NCBI GenBank assembly: GCA_964503265.1
Contig: CAZCYO010000004.1
Span: 82,098 to 146,097, forward strand
Length of the DNA stretch: 64,000 bases
Origin: an uncultured Gammaproteobacteria bacterium
GTDB taxonomy: Bacteria > Patescibacteriota > Microgenomatia > Levybacterales > UBA12049
Direction of reading: 5' to 3'
Position 1 is the stretch's first letter. Each line of letters begins with the position of its first letter. Below are positions 8,865-20,100 of the stretch, piece by piece. The position numbers were made by a program, and so were the translations under genes. The notes below the pieces were generated by a model, which saw nothing but the letters and a program-made list of their open reading frames with translations, ran no database searches and had not been told where the DNA came from.

Positions 8865-11765
8865 ATGGATAATCCACAGGCTGATTTACATACTAGTGAG
8901 AATGAAGAAAAAATTGTTTTGGCTAAACCTCCTATTCCAACTCGTTTTGGAACCATAAAAGAAAAAGTTACATCTCTATCAAAAAATAGATCTCTCCAGC
9001 TTGGTCTGGGTTTATTACTTGTTGCAACTGTTCCATTTACGATCCTTCAAAGCTTTAAACAACAAGATATTCAACAACATGCTGCAGCTACTACTGGATA
9101 CGATATGGCAACTTGGAAACTTCCAGAATTTACAACACTTGAACAGCTTGAGACCGAACTAAGCAAATCTGTAGATGGTGGACAGTATCCAATTGGACTT
9201 GATGATTATCTTAAATGTCCGGTAGCAGCACCCTATCATGATACCAGTAACCCTGGAAGAACAAGCGATTGTGACCAAAAAGGTGTTATTTGGGGAAATC
9301 CGGCTATCCCTCCAGGAACGCTTAACCAAGAAGAGGCTCATTGTAAGGCAAATCAATATGCTGGTGGACCTAACGGAGGGGGGGCATGTGAAAATGACAC
9401 AACCCCAAATGATCCATGGTATTTTTTCGGAACTGTCGGAGATAGTACGAGCACAAATGATATTTTCTACACTGTTGGTCAAGCGAATTATGAGGCAAGG
9501 CTTGCAGGAAGTTGTATTTTTAGATCAGCTCATTGCCGAGATCGTGGATGTATGTATTATGCAGTTGATGGCCCAGATGATACATGGGCCGGAGGATGGC
9601 ATTATCAGAGAAGTAAAGATAGTGCATGTTGGGGCATAAGTACATGGTCTTGTGCCCGAAGTGGCTGGTCACGTGCGATGGGATGGGCCCAAACACGATG
9701 GAGACAGTATGCTGAAAAGAAGACTCCAGGCTGGTCATCTGGAAAACCTTTCACCGTATTTCCAGATCGACGGTGTATCTTATCACTCGCCGTCATGGAA
9801 GTTCGATCTGAATGTAAACGAGCTGAAAATGGTGAATGTGGTGAAGGTAGTGATAAAAACGTCGCAAATGTAGGGTTTTTCCTTGACCCTACCACCCCCC
9901 GTTCTGCTGGAGGGTCTTCAAAGGCTGTTGCGTTAGTTATGCAAACCGCAGCATCAGATAAATCATCGTGTGAAAAGACCGATACACATTTTACTGATTT
10001 AACCCCAGGTGATAGTTGTCTAGAAAAAGCAGTCACAGCACTTAGCACTTCGACAGGCACCTCTCCTGCGTGTACGGCTCGTGGCTATGGTGGGGGTATA
10101 TTCGCACCTGCCAACCCAGTAACTCGCGAAGAATTCCTCGCGTTTATCACGAGATATCATGTCTATGTAGCAAAGGACTGGAAATATATCGATGTCTCAA
10201 GTACGACAGATCTTCCTGATAGTAAGCTTTACTCTGATGTCCCCAGAAACCACCCCCAAGCACTTAACATTTACACAGCAGCGCTGAAAGGATTTACTGA
10301 TACAGACGTTGGGAAAGAGTATAAACCAGCCGACCCATGGAACTGGAAATGGAGTGCAAGCAGTGGCATTGACAAAGTTGACAAGGCAGCACAGGCTTCT
10401 ATAACGAGAGGTGAGGTCGTTGTCGGGCTATATAACTATGGTATTGGGAAGCAACAACTTACAGGTGTAGCATGTAATGCTGTGGCAGCGACTGCAGAAA
10501 AACCACCTGCTCCATTTACAGAAGGTGTCGACCAAGAGGATGAAGCTAAAGCTGCTGCCCGAAGAGCAGTATGTGGAAAAAATGATAGTAATCCGACGAC
10601 AGAATCGTCTCTTCTCAATGGATTTATTGTCAGCGCCCCAACAGTTACTGCTTTTAACGATAGAATCTTACTTTTCGCCAAAGGCAAAGAAAATAAACTA
10701 TATATGCGAACATTTGGTGTTAGTAAAGGAAGAATTACCGATTTAGCAAGTAGTCCTTGGATTGATTTAGGAAAAACAGTAAATAATACTCCAATAACAG
10801 CCTATACCAACACGTCAAAAACACTCTTTGTAATCGTAACAGGTGCGGATGGGAAACTATATTCACGCTCAACCAAAACAGGTACTACGCTTTCTGACTG
10901 GAGTGACTGGACCAACTCTATTCCTGAAGGATATATTCCTGGAAAGGCAGATACGGACGGTATTGCTGTTCTTGACCAATTTACATATAGCTTTACCAAA
11001 GGAATTGGAGATTCTGTGCCAAATAATGTATGTCTTTCTTTCATTGCTGCTCCTGGATTTGTGAGTGGTGGATCAGGAGCAGTCCCAGGAGGTGGAGGAA
11101 GTCAGCCAGCAACTCCCGCACCAAAAGTACCGACGATTACACCGGCTAATCCGTCAACGACATATGTTATCGGCGGTGCATACTATGAAGTTCCTCCATT
11201 CCCAGATGATCTTACATTCTACGCAAAACCAATTCCACCTACGACCTTTACTCCTGATCCAGTAAAAGCAAAAGGACAAGTGTTTCAGTTTCTCAAAGTT
11301 CCAGCCGGAACATATCGAATATATGCAGAGACAGTGCCAAACTTTTTGCAAACATTGCCTCCTACCACAAACGATGTAAATACGAATTATAGCTATGTTG
11401 TAACTGCAGGTCCTGGTTGCACGATAAGTCCTAAGCGTGAGAAGAACGGAGACAAAACAGAATGTGTTTCTAGTGAAAATCCATCCGGGCTTGTGTTCGA
11501 ATTCGACCCAGCAAATACTGATCCAGCTTCTGCCTTTAATTCATGTGTTAATACCTGTCAAAATGACGGTGATGGAGTAAAGACAAGGGATTACTGTGAA
11601 ACAGTTATTTGTAAAGACAAATTACCTCAATCCTCACTTGCACAGCGAACCGCCGAAAACCAGCCTAATTTACTTCAGCAAATGGGATCAGGCGTAGTGG
11701 GTCTCGTTACAACTGTTGTTACAGCTGCTGGTGACGTATTCCACGCAGTAAACCCATTTGACTAA
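8865..11765 (+). CDS. Large cell-surface protein: N-terminal TM anchor with KQQDIQQHAA motif, Cys-rich domain, SLH-like module
   Basis: TM helix followed by the conserved motif FKQQDIQQHAA. There is a Cys-rich region of ~250 aa. An SLH-like segment reads ARGYGGGIFAPANPVTREEFLAFITRYH. Confidence 0.5.
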   Translation: MDNPQADLHTSENEEKIVLAKPPIPTRFGTIKEKVTSLSKNRSLQLGLGLLLVATVPFTILQSFKQQDIQQHAAATTGYDMATWKLPEFTTLEQLETELSKSVDGGQYPIGLDDYLKCPVAAPYHDTSNPGRTSDCDQKGVIWGNPAIPPGTLNQEEAHCKANQYAGGPNGGGACENDTTPNDPWYFFGTVGDSTSTNDIFYTVGQANYEARLAGSCIFRSAHCRDRGCMYYAVDGPDDTWAGGWHYQRSKDSACWGISTWSCARSGWSRAMGWAQTRWRQYAEKKTPGWSSGKPFTVFPDRRCILSLAVMEVRSECKRAENGECGEGSDKNVANVGFFLDPTTPRSAGGSSKAVALVMQTAASDKSSCEKTDTHFTDLTPGDSCLEKAVTALSTSTGTSPACTARGYGGGIFAPANPVTREEFLAFITRYHVYVAKDWKYIDVSSTTDLPDSKLYSDVPRNHPQALNIYTAALKGFTDTDVGKEYKPADPWNWKWSASSGIDKVDKAAQASITRGEVVVGLYNYGIGKQQLTGVACNAVAATAEKPPAPFTEGVDQEDEAKAAARRAVCGKNDSNPTTESSLLNGFIVSAPTVTAFNDRILLFAKGKENKLYMRTFGVSKGRITDLASSPWIDLGKTVNNTPITAYTNTSKTLFVIVTGADGKLYSRSTKTGTTLSDWSDWTNSIPEGYIPGKADTDGIAVLDQFTYSFTKGIGDSVPNNVCLSFIAAPGFVSGGSGAVPGGGGSQPATPAPKVPTITPANPSTTYVIGGAYYEVPPFPDDLTFYAKPIPPTTFTPDPVKAKGQVFQFLKVPAGTYRIYAETVPNFLQTLPPTTNDVNTNYSYVVTAGPGCTISPKREKNGDKTECVSSENPSGLVFEFDPANTDPASAFNSCVNTCQNDGDGVKTRDYCETVICKDKLPQSSLAQRTAENQPNLLQQMGSGVVGLVTTVVTAAGDVFHAVNPFD

Positions 11766-11781
11766 CGAGTCACCCTTCCCC

Positions 11782-11810
11782 TTTACACTCAGTCTCCTAT
11801 CTGATAAAAT
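11782..11810 (+). promoter_or_regulatory. Putative sigma70-type promoter of secE-nusG-rplKA
   Basis: TTTACA (11782-11787), a 17-nt spacer, then TAAAAT (11805-11810), directly upstream of secE. Confidence 0.35.
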
Positions 11811-11847
11811 GTGACACAGCTCAAATTTGTATTTGGGTTACTTGCTA

Positions 11848-12029
11848 TGACGAGCCCTATAACGTTTTTACGAGAGACTTACGATGAACTCCGAAAGGTT
11901 ATATGGCCAACTCGTAATGAAATCATCCGTCTTACAGCAATAGTCGTGATTATTAGCGTCGCTGTCGGAATATACATTGGAGGACTCGATTTCGCACTCG
12001 TTAAAGCAGTCGAATATATCATTAAATAA
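11848..12029 (+). CDS. secE: Preprotein translocase subunit SecE
   Basis: The sequence …RKVIWPTRNEIIRLTAIVVIISVAVGIYIGGLDFALVKAVEYI is a SecE TM helix. The start is taken at ATG 11848; the ORF track extends to a GTG at 11811, so the start is uncertain. Confidence 0.7.
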
Positions 12030-12032
12030 ACA

Positions 12033-12678
12033 TATGTCAGACCAAAATCAAACAGATCAAACCATTGTTGAACCTACAGAAGAAGTCACAGTTGATGAAA
12101 CTGCGGGTGTCGTTGAAAAGACTGACGTGCTTGAAAAAGCACCTATCGACTCTTCGGCTGGCAAATGGTACATCATCCACACCTATGCAGGACATGAGAA
12201 TAAAGTAGCACGATCTCTTAAACAGCGTGTTGAAGCTAATGGATTTGAAAGTAGAATCTTCGATATTATCGTTCCTGTTCGTAAAACAATTAAAGTCGCA
12301 CAAGGTAAAAAAGAAGAAGTTGAAGAAAAGATTTTCCCAGGATACGTTCTCGTTAAGATGATCCTTGATGACGAATCATGGTTACTCACACGCAGTACTC
12401 AGGGTGTAACAGCCTTCATCGGTGCTGGTAACAAACCAACCCCTATCTCAGAAAAAGAAGTAGAAGCTATTCAGAAGTTCATGAAAATGGAAGAACCACT
12501 CTATAAAGCTGCATTCTCTGTGGGTGAAGCAGTTAAAATTACCGATGGGCCATTTGCTGAATTCTTAGGAACAATCGATAACATTGATGAAGGACACGGA
12601 AAACTTCGTGTACTCGTTTCAATCTTCGGTCGAGAAACACCAGTGGAACTTGATTTCCTTCAGGTTAAAAAGATATAA
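12033..12678 (+). CDS. nusG: Transcription termination/antitermination factor NusG (with acidic N-terminal extension)
   Basis: NGN domain (KWYIIHTYAGHENKVARSLKQRV…VPVRKT) and KOW region (KIFPGYVLVKM…GEAVKITDGPFAEFLGTI). The start is taken at the ATG after the secE stop. The track ORF begins further upstream, overlapping secE. Confidence 0.8.
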
Positions 12679-12698
12679 TCAGCAAACTCTAAAAAACT

Positions 12699-13118
12699 AT
12701 GGCTAAAAAGATCAAAACACTCATTAAACTTAATATCCCAGCAGGATCAGCAACACCAGCACCACCTGTCGGACCAGCACTTGGTCAACACGGACTTCCT
12801 ATTATGGAATTCGTTAAAGCATATAATGATCGAACTGCGGATCAAAAAGGAAACATCTTACCAGTCGTTATTACCGTCTACGAAGATCGTACATTTACGT
12901 TCATTACGAAAAAACCACCTGTTGCAGAGATGATCAAAAAAATGATCGGACGAGGCGGAAGTGGTCGACCTAACAAAGAAAAAGTTGGAAAACTTACCAT
13001 GGATCAAGCAAAAGAAATAGCAACAGCAAAACTTGAAGATTTAAATACAGATGATGTCGACATGGCAGCAAGAATTGTCATGGGAACGGCACGAAGTATG
13101 GGAGTGGAGATAAAATAA
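12699..13118 (+). CDS. rplK: 50S ribosomal protein L11
   Basis: [32 protein letters not shown]… is the canonical L11 sequence. Confidence 0.9.
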   Translation: MAKKIKTLIKLNIPAGSATPAPPVGPALGQHGLPIMEFVKAYNDRTADQKGNILPVVITVYEDRTFTFITKKPPVAEMIKKMIGRGGSGRPNKEKVGKLTMDQAKEIATAKLEDLNTDDVDMAARIVMGTARSMGVEIK

Positions 13119-13119
13119 T

Positions 13120-13917
13120 ATGGGGAAAATTAGAGTAAAATCATTTGGAGATACAGAAGCTGAAGCTAAAGACGCAAAGCTCACACAAAAACGTGCTGAT
13201 GCTAAGGCTGCTAAAAAACTAGAACAAACTGCAGGAGAAGCTCCTGAAGCTATGTCTCACGTTGTTGAAGAAAGTGCAACGAAAGAAAAAAAACAAAAAT
13301 ATGCAGTTACCTCTAAAAACCAGAAACACAAATCACCAAAATACCAAGACGCAGCTAAGCTAGTTGAAAAAAGTAAAACATATAAAGTAAAAGACGCACT
13401 CGAACTCCTCCCAAAACTTACTGTCGCAACATTTGATGAAACTGTTGAATTACACATTAATACCACAGCTACAGGAATCGTTGGGAATATGGTACTTCCT
13501 CATGGAACAGGAAAACAAACCAAAGTAGCTATCGCAACAGATGAAATCATCGCTGAAATTGAAAAAGGTATTATCAATTTTGACGTTTTAATCGCTGAAC
13601 CAATGATGATGGCAAAACTCGCTAAAGTAGCTCGAATTTTAGGTCCTCGTGGACTCATGCCAAATCCTAAAAATGGTACTGTTACTCCAAAACCAGAAGA
13701 AGCTGCAAAGAAATTTGAAGGTGGACAAATTAACTTTAAAACAGAATCGAAGTTTCCACTTCTCCACTTAACAGTTGGAAAAGTTTCTTTCGGTGCAGAT
13801 AAACTCCAGGATAACATCAAAGTTGCAATTCAAAGTGTCCAAACAAAAAATATTAAAAATGTTACTCTCAAATCAACTATGTCCCCAGGCATGAAAATTG
13901 ATACCGCTTCTCTCTAA
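13120..13917 (+). CDS. rplA: 50S ribosomal protein L1 (with ~65-aa Lys/Ala-rich N-terminal extension)
   Basis: L1 core (…FDETVELHINT…LPHGTGK…LGPRGLMPNPKNGTV…GKVSFG…). A GGAG-type RBS precedes ATG 13120. An alternative internal start near 13252 is possible. Confidence 0.8.
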   Translation: MGKIRVKSFGDTEAEAKDAKLTQKRADAKAAKKLEQTAGEAPEAMSHVVEESATKEKKQKYAVTSKNQKHKSPKYQDAAKLVEKSKTYKVKDALELLPKLTVATFDETVELHINTTATGIVGNMVLPHGTGKQTKVAIATDEIIAEIEKGIINFDVLIAEPMMMAKLAKVARILGPRGLMPNPKNGTVTPKPEEAAKKFEGGQINFKTESKFPLLHLTVGKVSFGADKLQDNIKVAIQSVQTKNIKNVTLKSTMSPGMKIDTASL

Positions 13918-13965
13918 AAAATCTCCCTTGACAACAATTCATTAAATAACGCACACTAACACTGT

Positions 13966-14937
13966 ATGCGATTTCTTAGTAAATTTCATCCTAAGTTTTT
14001 ATCTCTCATCGTAACTGGTTTTGTGGTTTTAGGACTACCACTTATGGTATTCGTGTCCAGTCAAAAACAAGATAATAGACAACACGCATCAGCTGCGTGT
14101 GTTCCCACTCCTGCTACTCTAACAGCATATACTCCTACTACTTCCTGTGGAACAGATCTCTTTCGATATGTAAAATTTGGTTGTTCAAATGGATACAGTG
14201 GTAGTTTAGGCAGTGATACAAGCTGCAAATCAACAGCAGAATGGAAAAACTATGCATATGAAGAATGTACTAAACAAACTGTCTGTGTTGAACCTACACC
14301 AATAAATTATTGTCCGACTGTAACTGCGAGTACGATATTCGGTGGAAAATCATGCGGAACGAATTTATATGATAGTGTTTCCTATACCTGTAGTGACGGG
14401 TATAAAGGCTATTTTGGAGGCGATACGAGTTGCAAAACCTGGGAGACATGGATTGGGTATGCTCAAAAAGATTGTGCGAGTAGAACAGTATGTAGCTACC
14501 CAACTGCAATGCCAACTCCAATTTCAACGACAATGCCATACCCGACCTCCCTGCCAACCACGATGCCATACCCTACGACTGTCATGACACCAAAACCTAC
14601 ACTCGCTATGCTAACGGGCACATGGATGAAGGCTACACCGTATTCAGCGAAAATCACAGTAAAAGCTGGTGTTTATACGCCTATAAAAGCATTTACTATC
14701 CAGAACGTTTCGGGAAAACCTTCGTTCTGGGCAACAGCCTCGTTAAGTTTGGATAAGCCAGAAAGTTCTCGATTTATTATTATTGATGGTGCTTCACTTT
14801 TTATAAGTACAACTGGTGTTCCAGTAAATATTAAAGCGACAAGCTCTGCAACAGCTGGAGTCTACAGTGGATTTGTAAGTATAAAAAATAGCTACGAACA
14901 GATAACTCTCCCCGTTGAAGTGATAGTGACAAAATAA
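13966..14937 (+). CDS. Secreted protein with TM anchor, KQDNRQHAS motif and two tandem Cys-rich ~75-aa repeats
   Basis: N-terminal TM plus SQKQDNRQHASAA. The tandem repeats are CGTDLFRYVKFGCSNGYSGSLGSDTSCKS…C…C and CGTNLYDSVSYTCSDGYKGYFGGDTSCKT…C…C. A Pro/Thr linker follows. Confidence 0.45.
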   Translation: MRFLSKFHPKFLSLIVTGFVVLGLPLMVFVSSQKQDNRQHASAACVPTPATLTAYTPTTSCGTDLFRYVKFGCSNGYSGSLGSDTSCKSTAEWKNYAYEECTKQTVCVEPTPINYCPTVTASTIFGGKSCGTNLYDSVSYTCSDGYKGYFGGDTSCKTWETWIGYAQKDCASRTVCSYPTAMPTPISTTMPYPTSLPTTMPYPTTVMTPKPTLAMLTGTWMKATPYSAKITVKAGVYTPIKAFTIQNVSGKPSFWATASLSLDKPESSRFIIIDGASLFISTTGVPVNIKATSSATAGVYSGFVSIKNSYEQITLPVEVIVTK

Positions 14938-15029
14938 TAATTCTCCTTTTAAACTTGTACTGATGTTTACTTAATGGGAAATAAGCCACCATCATTGACT
15001 CTTTAAGCCTAATTCTTTACGCTAGAGAT

Positions 15030-17093
15030 ATGTACGTATTAATGAGTAATAAAAGACGATTATTAACCATAATAGTAATTATATTCCTCATTCTGTCACT
15101 CCCAACAATTATGTATGTCATTAGCACCCGACAAGATATCCGCCAACGAGCTTCGGAGAACGTTTCACTTAATCCAGCATTTGGAAAAACCTGTGAAGTG
15201 AATGATATTGACACATTAATATCTTGTTTTGGGAGATTATATTATGGAAACGACCAAGTGGACGTCATTAAGTTCACGGCTATGGTTAACTGTAATGAAT
15301 TAGATAATTGCGAGGTGTCAATACCAAGTATCCGTCGCCCAGTGCTCATATATGGAGATCCGGGAACAGAAGTAGGGATAAAAAGCACAGGTACCAATAG
15401 CTTACACGTTTTTAGTATCACAAATTCTGATAATGTTGATATTAAAAATATTCAGATAATCGGAAATGGTGAGCCCTGTCCAGAAAATAGATCCTGTTCC
15501 AACGGGTTGACCATCGGAGATTCAACTAATATACGAATCGATAATGTCACGGTCAGAAATGCTAAAAGAGGAATAGGTGTGTATTATTCGGACAAGGTTA
15601 CTATTACGAATAGTACTATCACGAATAATGATCAAGAAGGGATTCATGTCCATTCAGCAACAGATACTAATTTGCTCACTCCAACTTCTGGAACAGTATT
15701 TATTGAAAATAATATCATTTCTGATAACAGGAGATATGGCATATTTATTGAAGGCATCTACCCGAGCATTTCTCCAAGTCACATTTCAGGAAACATATTA
15801 GATCATAACCATACAAAAACATATCCAGGATATTGTATATCAGATACACTAACCGCATGTGGGGGTGGCCAAATTACGATCAAAAACTATACTTCGAATA
15901 TCGTTATCGAGAATAACATCATTCGAAATGGAAGTCTTACAACAAGTATTCTCGATACAGGTGTTTCAGGAATTGAATTAGGAAATCGTACTATTCAAAA
16001 TATACAAATACGTTCAAATGATATTCACGATAATAGCTTTTGGGGAATCAGCTCCTATGAAAATACCGACAACATGACAAATAATACAATCCAAGATAAT
16101 CGTATTTATAATAATGCTAAAGGTACACTCTTACCCTCATTCTCCCAACAAGCCAATAACTGTACGACATCCTCATGCCCGGCACCAACTATCACTGGGA
16201 CTATCTCGCCAACTACAAATTTCACTTCCATTAACGCTACTGGTCAATGTCAAACAACCATTTCCTGGTCAACAAACGCTTCTACAGCAAGTATTTATAG
16301 AGAAGAAAATCTTCTTTCAAATACAACAACAGGCTCTCAATTATTGTCAACAATTCCACCAGGAAAAACACGCTTTGATCTCCTATCGGGAACCATTGAT
16401 AAATCTCGGCTCGCAAGTACTGTCGTATACTGTTTTGCAAGCCCTTCAGTAGTAGCTTCAAATGCGCCTTCAAATTCACCAACTCAGGTACCACTACCAA
16501 CAGTCACGCCGACAGTAACACAACCTCTCCCAACACCTACGCTTATTCAAACACTCACACCTGCTAAAGGAACATTTTCACTTTCTGTCATCCTTCATGG
16601 TATTGGAAATAACGGAGACAATACAAATAAAACAGGAGGAAACCTTACACCTCGAACTACAACTCGAACTGTTTCTGTTGAGTTAACTAATACAGAAGGA
16701 TCTGTACTTCCAGCGTTTCCTTCACAAATCACCTACCAATCAGCTACTCAAAAGTTCGTTGGGGAAGCGAGAATTCCTCAGACTATTCCTAATGGTACAT
16801 ATTCCATACGAATAAAAAGCTCTGGATATCTATCTTCACGCATATCAGGATTCGTTACTATCACCGATAATACAGTGCTCACGTTACCAGTGACTACACT
16901 AACCGTAGGAGACACATTTGTGGATAATAAACTCGACATTTTGGATTTTAATATCATTATGACATGCTGGATCACTTCAGAAGTCTGCTCTCCAGAACAA
17001 AAAATACTTTCAGATCTAGACGATGATGGAAATGTCACCGCTATAGATGACAACCTTTTTATTCGAGAAATAACGATTCAACGTGGTTATTAA
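15030..17093 (+). CDS. Surface protein: TM anchor + RQDIRQRAS motif, right-handed parallel beta-helix (PbH1) repeats, dockerin-like C-terminus
   Basis: Repeated NxxIxNNxI(x)G beta-helix rungs (…VDIKNIQIIGNG…IRIDNVTVRNAKRGIGV…ITNSTITNNDQEGIHV…). The C-terminus, LDILDFNII…DLDDDGNVTAIDDNLFIRE, resembles two dockerin Ca-binding repeats. Confidence 0.55.
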   Translation: MYVLMSNKRRLLTIIVIIFLILSLPTIMYVISTRQDIRQRASENVSLNPAFGKTCEVNDIDTLISCFGRLYYGNDQVDVIKFTAMVNCNELDNCEVSIPSIRRPVLIYGDPGTEVGIKSTGTNSLHVFSITNSDNVDIKNIQIIGNGEPCPENRSCSNGLTIGDSTNIRIDNVTVRNAKRGIGVYYSDKVTITNSTITNNDQEGIHVHSATDTNLLTPTSGTVFIENNIISDNRRYGIFIEGIYPSISPSHISGNILDHNHTKTYPGYCISDTLTACGGGQITIKNYTSNIVIENNIIRNGSLTTSILDTGVSGIELGNRTIQNIQIRSNDIHDNSFWGISSYENTDNMTNNTIQDNRIYNNAKGTLLPSFSQQANNCTTSSCPAPTITGTISPTTNFTSINATGQCQTTISWSTNASTASIYREENLLSNTTTGSQLLSTIPPGKTRFDLLSGTIDKSRLASTVVYCFASPSVVASNAPSNSPTQVPLPTVTPTVTQPLPTPTLIQTLTPAKGTFSLSVILHGIGNNGDNTNKTGGNLTPRTTTRTVSVELTNTEGSVLPAFPSQITYQSATQKFVGEARIPQTIPNGTYSIRIKSSGYLSSRISGFVTITDNTVLTLPVTTLTVGDTFVDNKLDILDFNIIMTCWITSEVCSPEQKILSDLDDDGNVTAIDDNLFIREITIQRGY

Positions 17094-17108
17094 CATGTTT
17101 ATGCTGGT

Positions 17109-20100
17109 GTGATATACTCCACGCATAAACTTATGGGGCTTAAGAATATTTTAGTACGTGCCTTTGCTTTCGTGCTTCTAACACTGGGTATCGTTACTGC
17201 TGCCGCAACTCCTGCACACGCAGCACCTCCTCAAGACTTTCAGACACAGCTTCTTGTTGGTTCAGGATTATCTAATACTACCGGGTTTGGAATCGCACCT
17301 GATGGGAGAATTTTTATCTTACAGAGAACAGGAGAAGTAAAAGTCTATAAAAATGGCGCCCTCCTGCCTCAACCCTTTACTACCTTCTCAACCGTGATCA
17401 CTGGAGATCGAGGACTCATAGGGATCGCATTTGATCCAGACTTCTTAACCAATCACTATGTGTATTTTTATTTGACTGGGTCTGATCAATATAACCGAGT
17501 TATCAGACTCGACGCACGAAATGATACAGCAGTTGGTGATCAAATCATTATCTTCCAAACATCAACACCTTCTGAACTTCTTCACGTCGGAGGAACAATC
17601 CAGTTTGGTCCTGATGGAAAGTTATATATCGCAGTCGGCGACAATGGCTATGGCCCAAATGCGCAAGATCTAGGCAATCCTCATGGGAAAATTCTTAGAA
17701 TTAATAAAGATGGAAGTACACCAGGAGACAATCCATTCGTGAATATAGAGGGTGTCGACCCCCAAATTTACGCATATGGACTGAGAAATCCCTTCAGGTT
17801 TCAATTCGATGAAGTTAGCGGCAGAATGTATGAGGGAGATGTCGGAGCTGCAGACTGGGAAGAAATAAATACCATTACTCCGGGTGGAAATTATGGGTGG
17901 CCAGCAGCTGAGGGAAATTGCACAGATTGTCCATATAGTAATCCTATTTTTACCTATAACCATGCAAACCAAAGTTCATCAATAACAGGTGGCCCTGTCT
18001 ATCACAAATCCCTTTTCCCTTCAGAATACCAAAATAATCTCTTTTTTGGCGACTATGCTCGAGGATTTATAAGAAGATTGCAATTTGACGACTCTGGAAA
18101 CGTTCTTGGAGATTATGACTTTGACATGAATGCGGGAAGTGTCGTAGATTTAAAAGTCGGAAACGATGGAGGATTATATTATATAACCTATTTCCCATCT
18201 CGTCTCTATAAAATTACATACTCGACAGGGAACCATTCGCCTATTCCCAATGCAGATGTCGATACTATGAAAGGAATAAGTCCCCTAACTACTCACTTCA
18301 CGAGTAGTGGGACATATGACCCAGATAACGACCCACTCTCCTATTTCTGGAATTTTGGTGATGGAACGAGCAGTTCTGAGGCAAATCCTACAAAAATATA
18401 CACAAAAAACGGTAACTACATAGTCACACTAACTGTAAGAGATAGTAATAATTTATCTAATCAATCTATTCCACTTGTTATTCAGGTTGGACTACCACCA
18501 GCAGTTATTATTGGGAGCCCCAAAGAAGGAGCTACATATCATGCAGGAGACACCATAGCATATACAGCATTTGCAAGTGATGGTGCAGGATTTGACCTTG
18601 GCGATGAAAGCATCTCAACTCAGGTACTTCTTCATCATGATACTCACGCTCATCCTTTCTATGGACCAATAACAGGAAGATCTCATGAATTTACTATCCC
18701 TATAAATGGTGAGCCGTCAGCGAACACTTGGTATGAGATTATTATCACAGCAACTGATGCAAACGGTCTTACAAACACAAAATCTGTCACTATTTTTCCT
18801 ATTAAATCAACCTTCCATTTTACGACCGTTCCAGCCGGAATTTCTCTTAAAATTGACGGCCAGCCATTTGCAACTCCTAAAAACATTCAGGGTGTTTCAG
18901 GTTACCAGCGTGAAATAGAAGCATATTCCCAAGACACAAATGGCCACTCTTACCAATTTAGCCATTGGTCAAATAATGGACCTGCCAGACAAACAATCAC
19001 AACAACTGATCAAGATACAAATTTTATTGCGTACTTTACAGACATAGGTTCAATCGATACTCCAGCCAGTAACCTCCAAGCAGCAGTCCAAGCAAACAAC
19101 GTCACTCTTTCATGGAACCAAAGTAGTGGAATATATATGAATCTTGATGCATCAGATAGTGATCATATTCAAGTGTATACAAATGCTGATTATACAGGAA
19201 CAAACGTTCTTGATGGTGGTGTGGGTGGTGGCATAACATCATGGACAATCCCAATTAATAATTCTGGTACATATAATTCTCTTCAGCCTGGAAGAACATA
19301 TTACGCTCGTGTGTATAGCTGGAATGCACCGTGTAATTGTGCCAATGGGACGACTACATCATTCACCACTTCAGGAACTGCAACAAATGGAGACAAGCCA
19401 CCAACCAATCTTTCTATTACTGGACAAACAAATCAAATAGTCCTTAATTGGTCACCAAGTACTGGAATATATACCAATCGTGATGGTAGTGACCATGATC
19501 ATATTCAGGTCTACTCTAATCCAAACTTTACGGGGACAAACGTGCTCGATGGTGGTGTCGGTGGTGGCATAACATCATGGTCTATCCCAATTAATACCAC
19601 GGGCAGTTATAACTCTGTTCAGCCTGGCAAAACATACTATGCACATATTTACAGCTTTAATGCACCGTGTAATTGTAGTAATGACACAAGAGGTAGCTTT
19701 ACTGTTCCTCAAGCAACTGGAGGGACTGGAGAAAAACCTGCAACGAACCTACAAGTAGCAGTTCAAGAATCAAGCGTTATCCTTTCATGGAACCAAAGTA
19801 GTGGAATATATATGAATCGTGATGCCTCAGATAGTGATCATATTCAGGTGTATACGAACCCTGATTATACAGGAACGAAAGTTCTTGATGGTGGTGTGGG
19901 TGGTGGAAATACTTCATGGACTATTCCTATTAACGATTCAGGTTCATATAATTCTGTTCAACGTGGTAAGACATACTATGCTCGTGTGTATAGCTGGAAC
20001 GCCAGTTGTAACTGCAGCGATGGAACAACGACGAGCTTTACTGTGACTGGAACTACTAATGATCATGGAGCGAGTAATCTCCAAGCTCTTAGCTCAACCA

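Noticed and set aside
11766-11847. Expected tRNA-Trp upstream of secE
   Set aside because: The 80-bp stretch cannot fold into a cloverleaf. It contains only a promoter-like TTTACA-17-TAAAAT.
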